Shown here: piece after piece, positions 1 through 14,131 of the stretch
Layout: each line of letters starts with the position of its first letter
Position numbering within the stretch: position 1 is the stretch's first letter
Origin: Lama guanicoe
Lineage: Eukaryota
Assembly (NCBI GenBank): GCA_013239625.1
Contig: MU053810.1
Location: 3,690,071-3,754,070, forward strand
Length of the DNA stretch: 64,000 nt
Reading direction: 5' to 3'
The notes under the pieces: generated by a model
Seen by the model: only the letters and a program-made list of their open reading frames with translations
What the model was told of the DNA's origin: nothing
Databases searched by the model: none
Program-made: the position numbers and the translations under genes

Positions 1-780
1 CTCGGATGTGCCATGCACCCTGAGCCGTGTACCAAGAATTTGGATTAGGCTTGTTTGTTGGTGAAAAATCTAGTGAGTTGAGTTTTGCTCAACAGAACTC
101 ATCGTTTGCATTTGCAAGATGCTACTTCACTGTGCTGCTTTCCTCTGTGATGGAAGAAACTGCCTCCCTCCCCCTCCTCCACCTGTCCTGTCCTATGGCC
201 CCTCCCCCACAGCCCTCCATCCCCCAACCCGGCAGGGCACCCTCGCACCCAGAGCAGGTCAGCTCCCTGCTGCTCTGGACAGCCTCCTCTGCTTCTTTTC
301 CTGCTCAGGCTCCTGAACAGTTCCTACTCACATTTGAGACGCTTTCAATCAATGGGAAGTACAAGACACTGTTTTAAATAGCCATGAATAGAATGTAAGA
401 GAAGAGATATGGAAGCAAAGATGAAGGAGGGTTCACTGAGAGGCAAAGTCGCTAGACAAAATATACAGAAAAAGAGGACAAATGGGTTCATGCCAGGAGG
501 CACCCAAAGCTTGCATTCCTGGCCACGGTGCATCCTTGCCCCGAAGCCGCAGCTGGGCACTCACTGGGGCTACCTGCGCTCTTCCTGCAGAGTCAATGCC
601 GCTGTCTCCCTCCCCTGTTGGCTTGACTTCATCCTAGAGTCCTCAGTAATCCTGCAAATCCGGATTTGCATGTTTCATCCCAAGACTCCTTGTGAGCTCT
701 GTTTCGCTATACTTTTTATCACGTGGAAATGAGAGGACTCACCTCCACTGGCCTTCAGAACAAGTTCTAGTTAATAGCAG

Positions 781-1217
781 TGTCCTCGGTTCCTAGGGCT
801 GCGGTAACCAAGTCCCACAAACTTAAAGCATGGCTTAAAATGGCAGGAGTCTGCTCCCTCTCTGTTCTGGAGGCTGGACTTCTGAAATCTGGTGGCAGCA
901 GGGCCATGCTCCCTCTGGGACCCTGGGTGGAACCCTTCCTTGCCTCTCCCTAGCTTTTGGGGGTGGCTGTGGGTCCCCGGCAGCCCCGGTTTCAGCTGCA
1001 CAGCTGGGGTCCTTCCCTCTGTCGGCTGTCTCTCCTCTCCCTCTTACAAAGACACCAATCTTATAAGGACACTGTTAAACATCCACCCTACTCCACCATG
1101 ACCTTATCTTAACTAATTATATCTGCAACGACCCTATTTCCAAATGAGGTCACATCTTGAAGTACTGAGGGTTAGAACTTCAATATCTATTTTGGGGGGC
1201 TACAGTTCAACCCATAG
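781..1217 (-). mobile_element. MLT1 (ERVL-MaLR) LTR
   Basis: ttcctagggctgcggtaac...atctgcaacgaccctatttccaaatgaggtcacat...ttcaacccatagc. Confidence 0.8.
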
Positions 1218-2033
1218 CTAACAGTACCCTACGTTTTTCACGTCCAACGGCAGCAGCATATTAGAGGTCAGTTAAAGGAGGGGTAGAAGAAAGCGAAGCT
1301 GGAAGAGGAGTCTTTTCTGCCTTTAATACTATTTTAAGTTGATCCTATTTTGATTTAAAATGTCACGATTTAGCAGTTAGAGTTTGGGGGCTTTTCATGG
1401 CTTTTTTGCTTTGTTTTCTCCATCATGGTCCCTAACAACCCCTCCCTCTACCATACACACACAGAAGATTACAGACACACTATGCAGGACGACTTGTCTG
1501 GCCTCTAATGACCCCTTAATCTTGTAAATGTCTTAAATAAAGGTCATGTGTCAGAACTAAACTAAATGATGTAAATTTGCATGCACAGGGCCTGCCGCCT
1601 GCACTGCGGGCAGATAAGCATTTTATAAACAATCTGTTCGAATGAAAATACTAAAGAATTTGATGCCATCATTTCATTTTATAAAATTCTATTTGAAACA
1701 GTTTAGAGCATGGGAAGAATTTCATTATGCATAGATTTTACTGTAATGCCGTTTATAGTTATAGGAATTTGCTGTATACTAAACAGTAGATACTGAAAAG
1801 TCATAGATTATGTCTATTTCCCACTATTGGCAATATGTAGTTAAAGGGAGTGTTTCGGTGTTGTCAGCTGAAAGTTTGCTTATTTTTGTGAGTTATTTTG
1901 GAAGTGAATCTGGAATAAGTTACGGGAACATTGTAACTTACAATTTTCCTTGTTAGAAAATAGAATTTCTCCATTCTTGAGATAATATTTTGCCTTAAAA
2001 ATCACTTATTTGATCATTTGTATTTCATGGCAG

Positions 2034-2228
2034 GATATTCAGTGCCGAGCTACACTTCAAGAACTAAATGCAATCCCTCCGATATTAGATCTCTTGGAAT
2101 CAGAATACCCAATTATTCAGTTGTTGGCTCTCAAAACCTTAGAAGTTGTTACAAACGAAAAGGAGTTTCGGGCAATGCTCAGAGACAGCCAAGCACTGGA
2201 CCACCTTATTAAGATCCTAGAAACTAAG
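2034..2228 (+). CDS. ARMC3: ARMC3 coding exon (about exon 7), armadillo repeats; the gene's 5' part lies upstream of the window
   Basis: cag|GAT ATT CAG ... ACT AAG|gtac; 195 nt; DIQCRATLQELNAIPPILDLLESEYPIIQLLALKTLEVV...ILETK. Confidence 0.95.
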
Positions 2229-2559
2229 GTACCTGTAACATTCGTTCACCTAAGAGGAGATGTATCTCTCCTTAGTGTTGTTATAAGAAACAAATTACTG
2301 AATTTTTTTTAAACTGAAATTTTATTATATGTAAGCTTGGTACTAAGTATAATGCTTATTGCTACATAGTTTATCAGCATGATTACATCAGACTAATGAT
2401 AGAGGCCATTCCAAAATAATTTTTTTAAATCTTCTGGTTTAAAAGATTTAAGATTTTAAAATTCTTTTTTATGATCTTAAGATTTCTTGAAGCACCTAAA
2501 ATTAATCTTTTAACCTTTGTCTGCCAGATTTTTCTCTAGGGTAAAGCAAGAAGAGTCAT

Positions 2560-3400
2560 TTACCCCCCATTCTAGGGGGCATCTGCTTTACTCAGTCTAC
2601 TAATTATAAAATTTCATTGAAAAAGGAATACCTTCACAGAAACTTCTAGAATAATGTTTGACTAAATATCTGGATACTGTGGCCTGGCCCAGTTAAAATA
2701 TCACAAGTCTATCATTAGTCAATCTGGCACCCAAACACAGCTCCTTAAATCATTAATCTTCATGTAAAGACAATGACAAGATCATACTTCCACCTAACAC
2801 AATACGAATGTCCTGTGTAGAACCAAAAACACAGCGGCCCCTTCCCCAGAGGAGGATGCAAAGTCCTTGGATGACATTTACGCTTCTTCACATCCCACAA
2901 CTTTTAAATACTAAGATGTGAAGTTAACAATACTTAAATGCTATTTTATAAAGTCAATATGTTTCATGTCACCTGAAGGGTAAAAGAGAGAAGGAAACAA
3001 AGATAGTTCATACACCCACAGATACACATCCATAACAGAATAAAAAAAAGAAATAACTCGTAATAATTACAGTCTGGGTGGCAGTCTTAGCTTTTAGTTC
3101 AATGGACTGATTGTTGTGTCTCCTGGTGTGAGCATCCCCTTCCTGTGGAACTGAGACTTCTAGATCAGAAGTGTATAAGTTATGGGTACAGGTAACAAAA
3201 ATGTTGCTCCTGAATCACTCTGGGTAATGAGTGGGGCCCCTCCCGCATCCACTCCTTGACTCCTGGACCCACAGACCCGGGCTATGGGAGCAAGAGCACC
3301 ATATATTGGATGCTGTGTCAGTGCACCCACGATCCCTGTGCTTGGCTCAGCTGTGACTGAAGTCTTCCAGAGGCCATTCTGTCAAACCAGCTAATTCAGG
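2560..3400 (-). mobile_element. MLT2 LTR fragment plus ERVL internal fragment
   Basis: ctgctttactcagtctac...ccttcacagaaacttctagaataatgtttgactaaatatctgg followed by ERVL-like internal sequence. Confidence 0.6.
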
Positions 3401-4038
3401 ATGGTGGGGACCACGGCAAATCCAGTGACTTCTGTGACCACGTGCCCACTGCCGTGCTTCCCCGGCTGTGAGTTCCTTGAGCAGAAGCAGTGCTGTGTGG
3501 AATGCCACGGCGGCAGTGCGGCATCCTTGCCATGTCTCTCTCACTTTAAGGATTTCCACCTTAAGTTTCTAACTGTTCAGGCAAGGCTGCAGTTTCCCAC
3601 CGCCTTGGGGATTCTGGAGATTCCTCAGGCAAGAAAGCCACACACTCGCAATACTCCCCTTTAGAGATTTTAAGAAATATACTTTTCCTTTAGCTCCTGT
3701 CTGCTTTTTCAAAAAAAAATTCTTTCTTTACATTTTGAAATCGTTATTGGTAGAAGTCTGTTGGAGCAGCTTCACTTGGATACCATTCCTGGAAGTTTCC
3801 AGGAATTATTTTTTATCTATAAAATGTCTTGGAGTAGGGGAAATGAGAAGAGATGGATGGGGCAAATGGTTAGGGAGAGTGATGCTACATTAAACAGAAC
3901 TGTCTCGTTGGGCCTCTGTCACAACAAAATTCATCACATTATGTTCTGAGTGACCTTAATCCCTCTTGTAGTAAAATTTGGAAAGTGTGAATTTCTTTTA
4001 TTGTAGTTTTCTGAAGTTGTGTTTGCTTTTACTGTTAG

Positions 4039-4222
4039 GAATTGAATGACCTTCATATAGAAGCGCTTTCAGTGATGGCCAATTGCCTGGAAGATAAGGA
4101 GACGATGGTGCTGATTCAGGAGACAGGAGTTCTTAAAAAGCTCCTATCATTTGCAGAAAACTCAACAAATCCTGATATTCAGAAGAATGCAGCAAAAGCA
4201 GTTACTAAAGCCGCCTGTGACC
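4039..4222 (+). CDS. ARMC3: ARMC3 coding exon (about exon 8)
   Basis: ttag|GAA TTG AAT ... GAC C|gtacgt; 184 nt; ELNDLHIEALSVMANCLEDKETMVLIQETG...DIQKNAAKAVTKAACD. Confidence 0.95.
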
Positions 4223-5949
4223 GTACGTCTCATTTTATCACACCTGTTTCCTCTTGTGTTCTTGACTTTGATTAGTACCAGCAAACGCTAGAGTATTTGT
4301 CTACATTCAAATGGTCATTTGAAAATAGTGCTACACTTACTACTTAAGGCCAAAATTCATCTCAATGCCAATAAGTAAAAGTAGAGACTGCTTTGTCAAG
4401 GACACAATAAACTCAGTATGATTTAATTATAAGCCCTTTAAAAAAAACCCAATTCATTTCTAAGTTAAATTTTAAGCCTTATTTCTCCTGATTTTGAAAT
4501 TTTACAGAATGCATGCATTGTTTGTGATCCTGGAAATGTTGTTCCCATAAATCCGCATTTTGAATAATATCTATACAGTAATTTCAAGTTGCAGATGGAG
4601 TCTAGCTGTGCCACATTGTATAGCTGGGAAAAATAATGTGTTCATACTATATACAGAATACAATTTTCATTTCACTGGCAAGCTATGTTGACATAAATCT
4701 GTAAAATATGAGAGATTAATTACATCATAAGCATGAAAGATGAAATTATAGTTTAATTTATGTATATTTGGAGTATTTTCTTTAACAAAATACGTGATTT
4801 TATTTTCCCCCTTCCACGTAACTCCTCTTATAAATGATGACAGCTTTGACTAGTTTAAGTGATATATATTCTAAACATATATACTCACATCTGTATATAT
4901 GTTTGTGTGTCTATTACAAGAAACATTTCCTTTTCAACCTGGAGTGGATTTCTTCAAGGCAAAGTTTTAATGCAGGATGCCGAACTTCACCATCCAGGAC
5001 CAAGTTAGTAGAGAGGGGCTTCCTGAGTTAGATCATAAAGGCCAAGTATAAAGACAGGCTGTAAAATGAAGAGGTTTAATCAAGCAAAAGCTGCCTGATT
5101 CTGTATTTTCAAACCTGGTCAGTTCTCTTTTCTATCTGTCCCAGGTATGGTAAGAGGCCAAAAGAGAGGCCAATGGGAAGACACGGGCAATGTCAAACCT
5201 AAAATTTTTACATATCTTAACTTCTCTTTGGTTTGCAGCCCCTCTTGGGATAATGAGTTTCTCAGGTTTATTGCCCATCCTGTGACAGAGAGGTGAAAAG
5301 AGTGCTGGGGGTGGGGGTGGGGGGGCATCCCTGGATTCTAGTTCTACTGCTGGTTTCGCTGCTGGCCCTGCAGTGACCTAGGGATGCGACTGTAAGCGAA
5401 AGACAGCCTCTCTGGGTCTGTTTATTAATTCGTTTATTAATGATTTACTCAGCCCCCTCCCTTTGTGTCAGCAAACCCAGGGCAGGCAAGTAAATAGACA
5501 ATCACAGTGCAGTGTTAAAGGTGCCTGATGGCGGGAGAACAGGAGGGCCACCTGATGCAGATGCGGATCAGACAAGCTTCCCAGAATAGGTGATTTACAG
5601 ACAGACAAGGACTTAGAGTAGGTGATGGGAACTGGCTGGGCACAGAAGGTCCTGCTGGGATGGGGAGGCTCAGCAGTGCTCCAAGGAGAAGGAGCAATGT
5701 GTAGCCAGAGAGGGACAGAACATGGGAAGTTCCAGAAAGTGGAAGTTCAGAACAGCCAGTGAATAGACTACCGCAGAAAACTGAGAGTTAAGGCTGGAGA
5801 AGCAATGAGGTACCAAATGCTAATGGGCATCACAAACCAAGTTAAGGGCTTTGGACTTTATTTTCGTGGCAACAAAGTGCCACTCAAGTGACTCGAGAAG
5901 GGAGGAAACATTAATTTTTTGTTTTTTAAAGAAAGAGCATCTTTAGAGA

Positions 5950-7923
5950 TGGGCCAAGATGGCAGAGTAGAAGGACCACTAGCTCACCCTCTCCTACGAA
6001 TATGGCGAAAATACATCTACGTAGAGAACCAATCACATAGAACACCTACTGAAGTTTGGTAGAATATCTCTTACATTGGAAATACAAGGAAATCATCACA
6101 AAACCAAGTAGGAAAAAAGAGAAAAAGAAAAAGGAGATCAGCGTATGACCTGTCCCCGCGGGGAGGGAGCAGCAAAGGAGGAAAAGCGCCCTCACTCTGG
6201 GAAGCCCCCTCCCCAGCAGGGAGGTCAAAGGGGACAGAAAAGGGGCTTCAGAGGCTCAGAGCAGAAAGCAGCAGCCGCTTGGCAGACAGACCTGAGCGAC
6301 ACCGGCACAGGGGGTCCCTGCACTCCCTTGCCCAAGATGCCAGCCGGGGGGGACCGGGTTGGGATTAGCTGCTGGACCCTGGGAAGGGGACTGGGGCTGA
6401 CTATGCAGGGACAGCCTCAGGGGGCTGGAGTGTGGTGCAGGCTGAGGCTGGGACCGCACACAGAACAGAACAGGCTGGGACCCCCATTAGAAGCACCGCT
6501 GCTGGTGCGTACTGGGGACAAGGGTGTCACACTGCCACGCCGTAGGCACGGTTGCCGCAGGCCCAGAGGGCTCTCCTGGCACCGTTGTTGGTGCGTTCTC
6601 ACGGGCAGAGGGGCAACGTTCAGGCACAGCTGTCTTCCCGCCTTTCTCCACGGGGCACAACAGCTAGTGCACGGCTTCCCCCACAGAGGCAGGGTAGAAG
6701 CCTGAATCCGTTCCCAAAGGGCCTGCCACTTTAGGTGGAACTGAGATTTGATTTGGGCCCCAAGTGGCAGTGGCAGATTTGTGCCACCAGGGCCTTTCTG
6801 GACGTGTGCCTCTGAGAGTCCTGAACAGAGTTCTGGCACACGGTGGGGGCGGCTCTAGTGTTAACAGCAGCCAGTGTACAGGGACGCAGGGCTGGGGTCT
6901 GTGGCTCACGGTGGCTCTGGGTGTGTGACTGCACATGCGCCACGTCGGGTCTAGTGCTGGACTCCAGCAGATCTGCACGGGTGGCTCCGCGGGTACAGAA
7001 CCTGGGGCACACCAGGGTGGGTTGGCCAACATTCCCATGGCTGAGGCAGGGACAAGGGCAGTGTCAACAGAGTGTGCTTTGTAAGCCTGCGTAACAAGTG
7101 ACAGACGCCACAGAGGGCACTTCCCAGCAATTCCTTTTCCAACAGAAGTGCCTCAATCCCACCTTCCACACACTGCAACTCACAGATGTGTCTGGAAGCC
7201 TCCATCCCAACAACGGGAAGCAGGCTTGGCCCCCGGCTTGGCCCCTGTCAGTGCTGTGACAACCGCAGAGCAAAGAGGAGGCCCCACTCAGCAACCAGGG
7301 CAGGCTCTGGTCACAACACCGTCCACACCCCTAATCAAGGGGAGAGCGACCAGCACACATGGAGGAAAGACATGGCAACCATCTGGACTGAAACAGCCCT
7401 CATGCTGAAAATATTAGCTGCACACAATCTATACGGGCACACTACTACATTAAAAAAAAAAATCACCCTTCAAGACCACAGTAGGTAACTGTGACTCCTA
7501 AATTCACAGAGTCAGAGAAAAATAAGTAAAATGAAGAAGTGGAGGAACCACTCCCAATTAAAAGAACAAGAGAAGTCCCCTGAAAGACAAACAATGAAAC
7601 AGACCTTGACAGTCTGCTAGATTTTGAGTTCGAAAAGGTGACAAAAGCACTGAAGGGAATAAGAGAGACTATGAATGGAAATGCAGAATACAATGAAAAG
7701 GGAATAGAAACTGTAAAGAGGAGCCAATTAAAATCAGAAAACTCAATGGCTGAGATAAAAGCCAAGGTCAAGGCAGTCAAACAGCAGACTAAATAATGCA
7801 GAAGAACAAATAAGTGATCTAGAAGACAGAATAATGGAAATCACCCAATCAGACCAGCAGACAGAAAAACGAATGAAAACCAACGAAAGCAATGTAAGGG
7901 ACCTGTGGGACAATACAAAGCAT
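5950..7923 (+). mobile_element. LINE-1 5'UTR plus N-terminal half of ORF1, 3'-truncated
   Basis: GGGCCAAGATGGC start (YY1-type motif); GC-rich UTR; ORF1 remnant from ATG 7531 (MKKWRNHSQLKEQEKSPE...) ending at NVRDLWDNTKH. Confidence 0.88.
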
Positions 7924-10900
7924 GGGCCATTTCTGCTCTCTTTCTTCCATACCTATGATGCACTCTTTCATAATTTTGGCTTTTAATGTTTTATTCACCA
8001 GAAGTGTTCTGCCTAGGCCTGGTAATAATAAACAGACAAGGCTTATAGGGTGCCCTGCCCCGTCCTCCCCACCAATTAAGGTGGCAATGGCATCCTTAAG
8101 CCCAGTTTTGGATGACAAGGCAGCATTCCTCTAATATGGTCTTACAACACAAACATGCTACTTCCTCCTGGTATGTAGGAGGAGCTGATATAGGTTTGGA
8201 ACATTCTGAGGAGCTCATAATTCTTGACTGACCAAGAATAGTTTATAGAAATTTGTTTCTTCCTCTCTTGCCCCTGCCCAAGGGAGGGCCCTCTTTTTCT
8301 TCTTTTCTTCTCAATCAGCTTCCCATCTATGCATCTAATCTCCATCTCCTGACCTACTGCATGTGATTTCTGCTTCCACCTTCTGCCAAAATGGTCCTTG
8401 TAGACTTTGACAGTGACCTCCCAGCAACTAAGTTTTATAGACGCATTTTCAGTCTTTACTTGATTTCTCTGCGGCACTCCACATGATTGATTGCCCCTTC
8501 TTCTGAAAACTCTTTTATCCCTTGATTTCCATAACATCCCTCTCCCCTGATTATTATCCTAATCATCAGACCAACCTCTGTCTTCCTCTTCTCTGCCTAC
8601 CATTTCAGTATCAAACTTGCCTTCCCACCTTCTGTCTTGCTGTCTTTTCAGCTGACTCTTTGATTGCTTATGAATCCCAAACCTGTATCTAATTATAACC
8701 TGTCTTCTGAATTCCTGCCTGTATTTCTGATGACTTCCAAGCACATCCAACTACACTGCCCACACTCAATTTCTGAGGGGCCTTGCATTTCTTTGAAAAT
8801 CTGATGAAAGAGTACCCTTCCCCTAGTACACAGATGCACAACATTCTGCATATAATTTCAGGAAGTTCATGGACTGCCTGAAACCCATCTATGCCCCCTG
8901 GATCCACGGACCCCAAGTTAATACCTCTGGGATTAGAATGAACAGGATCAAGTCCAGATATCCTAGATTGGAATCAGAGATTCTTGCATTTCAAACAATC
9001 ACATGGCCATTGGTTATCAATCTATTCTTGCTCAGACACTCTCCATTGTGCTCTGGAATATATGACTTATGCTCCACCGTGACTTTGTACACATTTACTC
9101 TGGTTTAGGTGTTTAGTCTGGATTCTCTTTCCATCATCAGCAAAAAAAATTTTTGTAAGCTAGGTAATGCATTATCATTGCATGTCAAAAACAGAGTTGA
9201 AAGAAACACACATAATATACACTTTTAAAGTTTTGCTTGCTGAGTAAAGTTTTAACATGCACCCCTAAATCAGTATGCCTTTGACCAGGCACCAGGAGGA
9301 GGAAGGTGTTAATTACCATGTTGCTATGAGGTTTATGCACTGACATTAACATCTCAGCAGGAGCACAGGTGGCTGGACAGCAACTTCCGAGAATGAGTAA
9401 AGAAAAGCATCATTACATACAGATTTATTTTCAGATACAAAACCTCATGCTTTTTATTTTAATGATACTGAACAAATGTCATTTTTAAAGGCCATTACTC
9501 TATTAGTAGCAAAATTACCTTGCCATCTTTATCATCTGTGTAATTAAAATATAAATACTTCTCAGGGTAGTAATTCGTTGAAGGTACGTGGTTAATATGT
9601 TAATTCATCTTTAAAATCTATTATAGCCACTCTGCAGTCAGCACTTTTGAGGTTTGGTGAACACAGCTGGATTTTGAGAACACTCCCAGCAGGGTTGAGA
9701 AACTAATTGCCCACAGTATTTAAATTATTTTTAAAAAATCGTTCCAATAACTGCATATACACTGTTTTTTGACTGTAACAATCACATACTCCAAAGTTAG
9801 GTCGATTTTCCTGATAGAATCCATGCTCAGAGTGTTCTGTTAAGGAAAGTCAATTCAGCGCCATCAGGGAAGTCTTAATTATAAATCTGAGCATTTTAAG
9901 TCAGGGATTCTGGTACAGTACAAGATCTTGTTTATTCAGTGAAAACTAATAAGGACTGCACATATTTTAAAACGTTTTAGGGGCCACATACTTGATATTT
10001 AAGTATAAATCATAGCTTTTTAATGAGACAGTTATGGCCTGACTGAATCCCAATTTTAAATGAAAGGAGCAAGGGATTAAAATGATAGGATTACAGGACA
10101 TGGTTCATGACTGGTTTAAGACTAATGAACAGAAGCACTAGTGACTTAGCTTGTGGCCAGGATGGCCAGATTGCTCGGCGTACATCTGTGTATCAGATGA
10201 ACAAAGGCCAAAGAGAGTGTTTGCAAATATGGTGACATCTGACTGTGATACTGCTTCTGTGGAAAAGGGTTGCTTAAAGCAATCACGTTGAAAGAAGTTG
10301 TAACTCCTATATTAACTTAAAATGGAAAGCTTGTTGCTATAATTTCTAAAGATATTTCTGGAGGGGGAAAAAAACAAGTTAATTAAAATACATACAAGTA
10401 ATGAATGAGCCCCACATGTTGCTGTAATGTAAGTATCAACATTTTTTCAGAGATAGTTATTCAAACAAAATACTCTTCTCTTATATGTCAACATCCTAAG
10501 AGCTTATATCACACATTCTTCTCTTTTAACCATCTGCATTGACTTTATAAAGGTTAATTAATGGAGAATCAAACCCATGACAGAGTTTTCTAAGGAGCTG
10601 TAAATAAATTAGCAAGGAATTATTTGTAAGCTGTTTCTTTCCAAACTTGTCTCTGATACTTATTATGGCATTAAAACTGAATTTGATTTAATACTGTTTA
10701 GTACATGCTTTAAATGAATGGTAATTTATTCAGAATTAGCTATAGAACACAAAACAAAAAATTGTCTAATATTCTGATTTAATTTAAGGCAATATTTGCT
10801 TTTGTATAGTAATGAGATTATCATTTTTTTTAAAGATCAGACTAAATCAAGAGAAAAACATTAGGGAACAAAAAGAACGTTAAAAATACTTTGGTTTTTA

Positions 10901-11551
10901 ATTTAGTGTTTTATGGGGTGAATACCGTGCTATGTACTCAGAGTCATAACTCTGTTTTCAAACAAAACTGTGCTTAATGTATGTTTATGATAACTTACCA
11001 TTAATAATTTTAATTTTTGCTATGTCAGCATGTATCATAGTAAGATAAAAGATGATTATAAATTCCTTCAGATGTGGGATCATACTTCATTACTCATTGT
11101 TACTGTCTCCTCTTCTCTGCTCTTCTCTTGAGCATCCAGCTCACCAGTTTATACATCTTAGGCATTCTTCAAATACTGAGTTTTGTATTTAAATAAACAG
11201 GGTTTTGTGCTTAGTGAGAAGAGTGCATGTGTGAACACAGGACTACACCAGGCACATGACTGGTGTTAAATAAGTTCTTGCTAAATCTGAAACTTGCATC
11301 TTTCTTATCACAGAATATTCTCTGCCATAGGATTGATATCATATAAGGGAATATGAAAAAATGCAATATCCATTCATTTTGCATAATCACTGTCTAAAGG
11401 TTAAGTAGGTACGTATTTGGTTTAGCTTAGACTGTAAAGCTAACAAATTATTTGAATTCCTATCATATTTTGGATGGGGAAGTCTTTATTTTGCTGCACA
11501 GTTTTTGCAGCAAAATTCTGATTTTCCTTTTTCCCTGTTGGTTTTTGACAG

Positions 11552-11704
11552 CTGAAAATAGAAAACTGTTTCACGAACAAGAGGTGGAAAGATGTCTCGT
11601 AACCCTTTTGGAGTCTGAAAACGACGGAACTAAAATTGCTGCTTCCCAAGCTATCTCGGCAATGAGTGAGAATTCGAGCAGCAAACAATTTTTCAACAAT
11701 CAGG
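11552..11704 (+). CDS. ARMC3: ARMC3 coding exon (about exon 9)
   Basis: acag|CT GAA AAT ... CAG G|gtgagc; 153 nt; PENRKLFHEQEVERCLVTLLESENDGTKIAASQAISAMSEN. Confidence 0.95.
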
Positions 11705-11803
11705 GTGAGCAAACTGGGAAAGAAGACACTTTGAACGTTTTTAGGTTACCGTATTCTAGTTCACATGGATGTCTATAAAGTTGCATCTTTTCTTTTTGTG
11801 TAG

Positions 11804-11909
11804 GGATCCCGCAGTTAATTCAGTTGCTAAAAAGTGACAACGAGGAGGTACGGGAAGCTGCAGCCCTCGCCCTGGCTAATCTGACCACTTGCAACCACGC
11901 GAACGCAAA
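11804..11909 (+). CDS. ARMC3: ARMC3 coding exon (about exon 10)
   Basis: gtag|GG ATC CCG ... GCA AA|gtaagt; 106 nt; GIPQLIQLLKSDNEEVREAAALALANLTTCNHAN, a classic ARM repeat. Confidence 0.95.
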
Positions 11910-12006
11910 GTAAGTACTAAAAGACTCATTCAACAATGTTACCTCGATAAAAAAAGAAAGAAAGAAGATTAAAAAAAAAACTATTTACCCTTCCTAAATA
12001 TGGTAT

Positions 12007-12447
12007 GTGTATTAGTCAGGGTTCTTCAGAGAAACAGAACCAATAGGAAATATATATGAGATTTATTATAGGGATAAGCTTGTGAGTTTACAAAGGCTGA
12101 GAAGTTCCAGAATCTGCCACCTGCGACCTGGAGAATCAGGAAGGATGCTGGTGAAATTCAGTCCCAGTCTGAGAACCAGGACCACTGATGTCCGCAGGCA
12201 GGAGATGGTTGTCCCAGCTCAGGCAGAGAGCAAAGTCACCCCTCCTCCTCCTTTGTCCTTTGTACAGTTCCTCAACGGATTGGGTGATGCCACCCACACT
12301 GGTGAGAGGGACCTTTATTCAGTCCACTGATTCAAATGCTGGCCTCTTCCAGAAACACCCTCACAGACACACTCAAAATTCATGTTTTACCAGCTATCCA
12401 GGTATCCCTTAGCCCAGTCAAGTTGGCACTTAAAATTAACCATCACT
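12007..12447 (-). mobile_element. MLT2B-like ERVL LTR
   Basis: tgtattagtcagggttcttcagagaaacagaaccaatagg ... aagttggcacttaaaattaaccatcac. Confidence 0.82.
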
Positions 12448-13992
12448 GTATGTTAGTTTTTAACATTCGTATATTATCGTTTTGTGGCATTGTGGCTAAA
12501 ATTACCTTTTCTAGCTTGAAATAAATCCTCCCCCACCTCCTCCACACACTTAATCTATCTCTGACCCTTTCTTTCTTTCTCTCTACTCCCACGTGAATAT
12601 TTTGTAAGACCTGAATGAAATGACTAAAAAAAATCTAAGAATACCCAATGAAAACACAGCTGAAATGCACAGGCATCAAGACAAAATCGTGTTCCTTTAA
12701 CAGCGACAATCTTTGACACAGTAATTTCCTAATTCAGGGCCATCATCATCTGTGTGAAAGCACACACATTTCTAGAACATTGGGTCATAGTAAGTAGCAA
12801 TTTGCAAACAGCATATTCAGTGATTTTTTTCCAATATAGGCATGCCAGTGCAAAAATCTTATCAGTGACATGAAAACACTTCTATTTCTTGTGTATTTAT
12901 ATATAGAGAGAATATAGAATACTCTAATAGGCCTTGTACAGCTGCTTGATTTGATGTGAGTTTGCCTGGCTTACAACATTTCACAGTTTTATATAAAATC
13001 ATAGAAAATTAGGATGGTAAATAGTCCTAAAAGAAACCTTCAGATTTTCTCTCTCAGTTATCTGTTTGTCAGATTTTTGCCATCTGCCAGAGTCGTTCTG
13101 TTTTGTCAACACAGAAAGGTCAATTGGGACTAAACAATGCCTGACTTTTCCTCTGTGAAGAGAAACTTTGTTTTTGTCATTTAATTTTACTTTTTTATAA
13201 ATTTTAATCACTTATTGCTTTAACCTATTACATGCTTTACATTCTGACTTCTTTTTTTCCCATTTGTGTTTGGTAAGGAAAACAGGACATGAATGAAAGT
13301 GGTTTTATGGATGTTTTTTGAGATCTATGTAGTTTTTACTCTGGACTTTTTGAGCTTAAGAGATCATTGAAAATAAATGGTTTTTGAGGAGGAAATAGAG
13401 TCAGATTTGACCTGTTTGTGCCAAACGCTGAAAACTGGGGTCGACAAAGATTCTATAATCAATCAAAAGGGGTAAAAAAAAAAAAAAACGAAACAGGCCC
13501 CGTTGTGGATCCTTCTAGCAAGTCTCCCCCTCGGGTGTTACTTACTGAAGCTACCCACAGCAGGAGACAACAGAGATGATTGGTTATCTGTAGTAAAAAT
13601 ATTTATACCCGGATCATCTTTTAAAAATTATCCTAAATGTGGCATTGGTGAGTGTTTCCAGCATCACTTTTTAGAAGCAGTGCATTTCATCACCATTCCT
13701 AGCAAACTGCTACAGGACCAAGGCTGGTTGCCAGCATGGTTCCCACTGCTGGGTGTCTGGAGTTGGGGATTAGAAATACAGAGTTGCTTTTCCACCACAC
13801 CTAAGTGCTAAGGGAAGAGGGCAAAACCCAGAGCTAATACCTTCCAGGTACATTTGATAGCTGTTTGGATACCTGATAATTGCTAGTTTAATTTTTTTTA
13901 ATGCAGTTAAGTACTGAGAATTCTAATTTCGTTTGTTAAAATGTAACCCCTTCCCCTACACTCATCTCTTCAATGTGCCTAAATGGACTTCT

Positions 13993-14131
13993 TTTTTCTT
14001 GTTTTCTTTTTTGGTGGGGAGGTAATTAGATTTATTTATCTACTTATTTATTTTAATGGAGGTACTGGGGATTGAACCTAGGACCTCATGTGTGCTAAGC
14101 ACACACTCTACCACTGAGCTATACCCTCCCC
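13993..14131 (-). mobile_element. Vic-1-like tRNA-Ala-derived SINE (camelid)
   Basis: Reverse complement GGGGAGGGTATAGCTCAGTGGTAGAG...GGTTCAATCCCCAGTACCTCC with A and B boxes and an AT-rich tail; TSD aaatgga(c/t)ttct at 13981-13992 and 14135-14146. Confidence 0.88.

Noticed and set aside
6145..7488. Overlapping 80-186 aa ORFs on both strands
   Set aside because: They are GC-rich L1 5'UTR sequence with no protein similarity I can recognise.
14060..14131. tRNA-Ala gene
   Set aside because: It has a SINE tail and TSD and a degenerate anticodon arm, so it is a SINE head.
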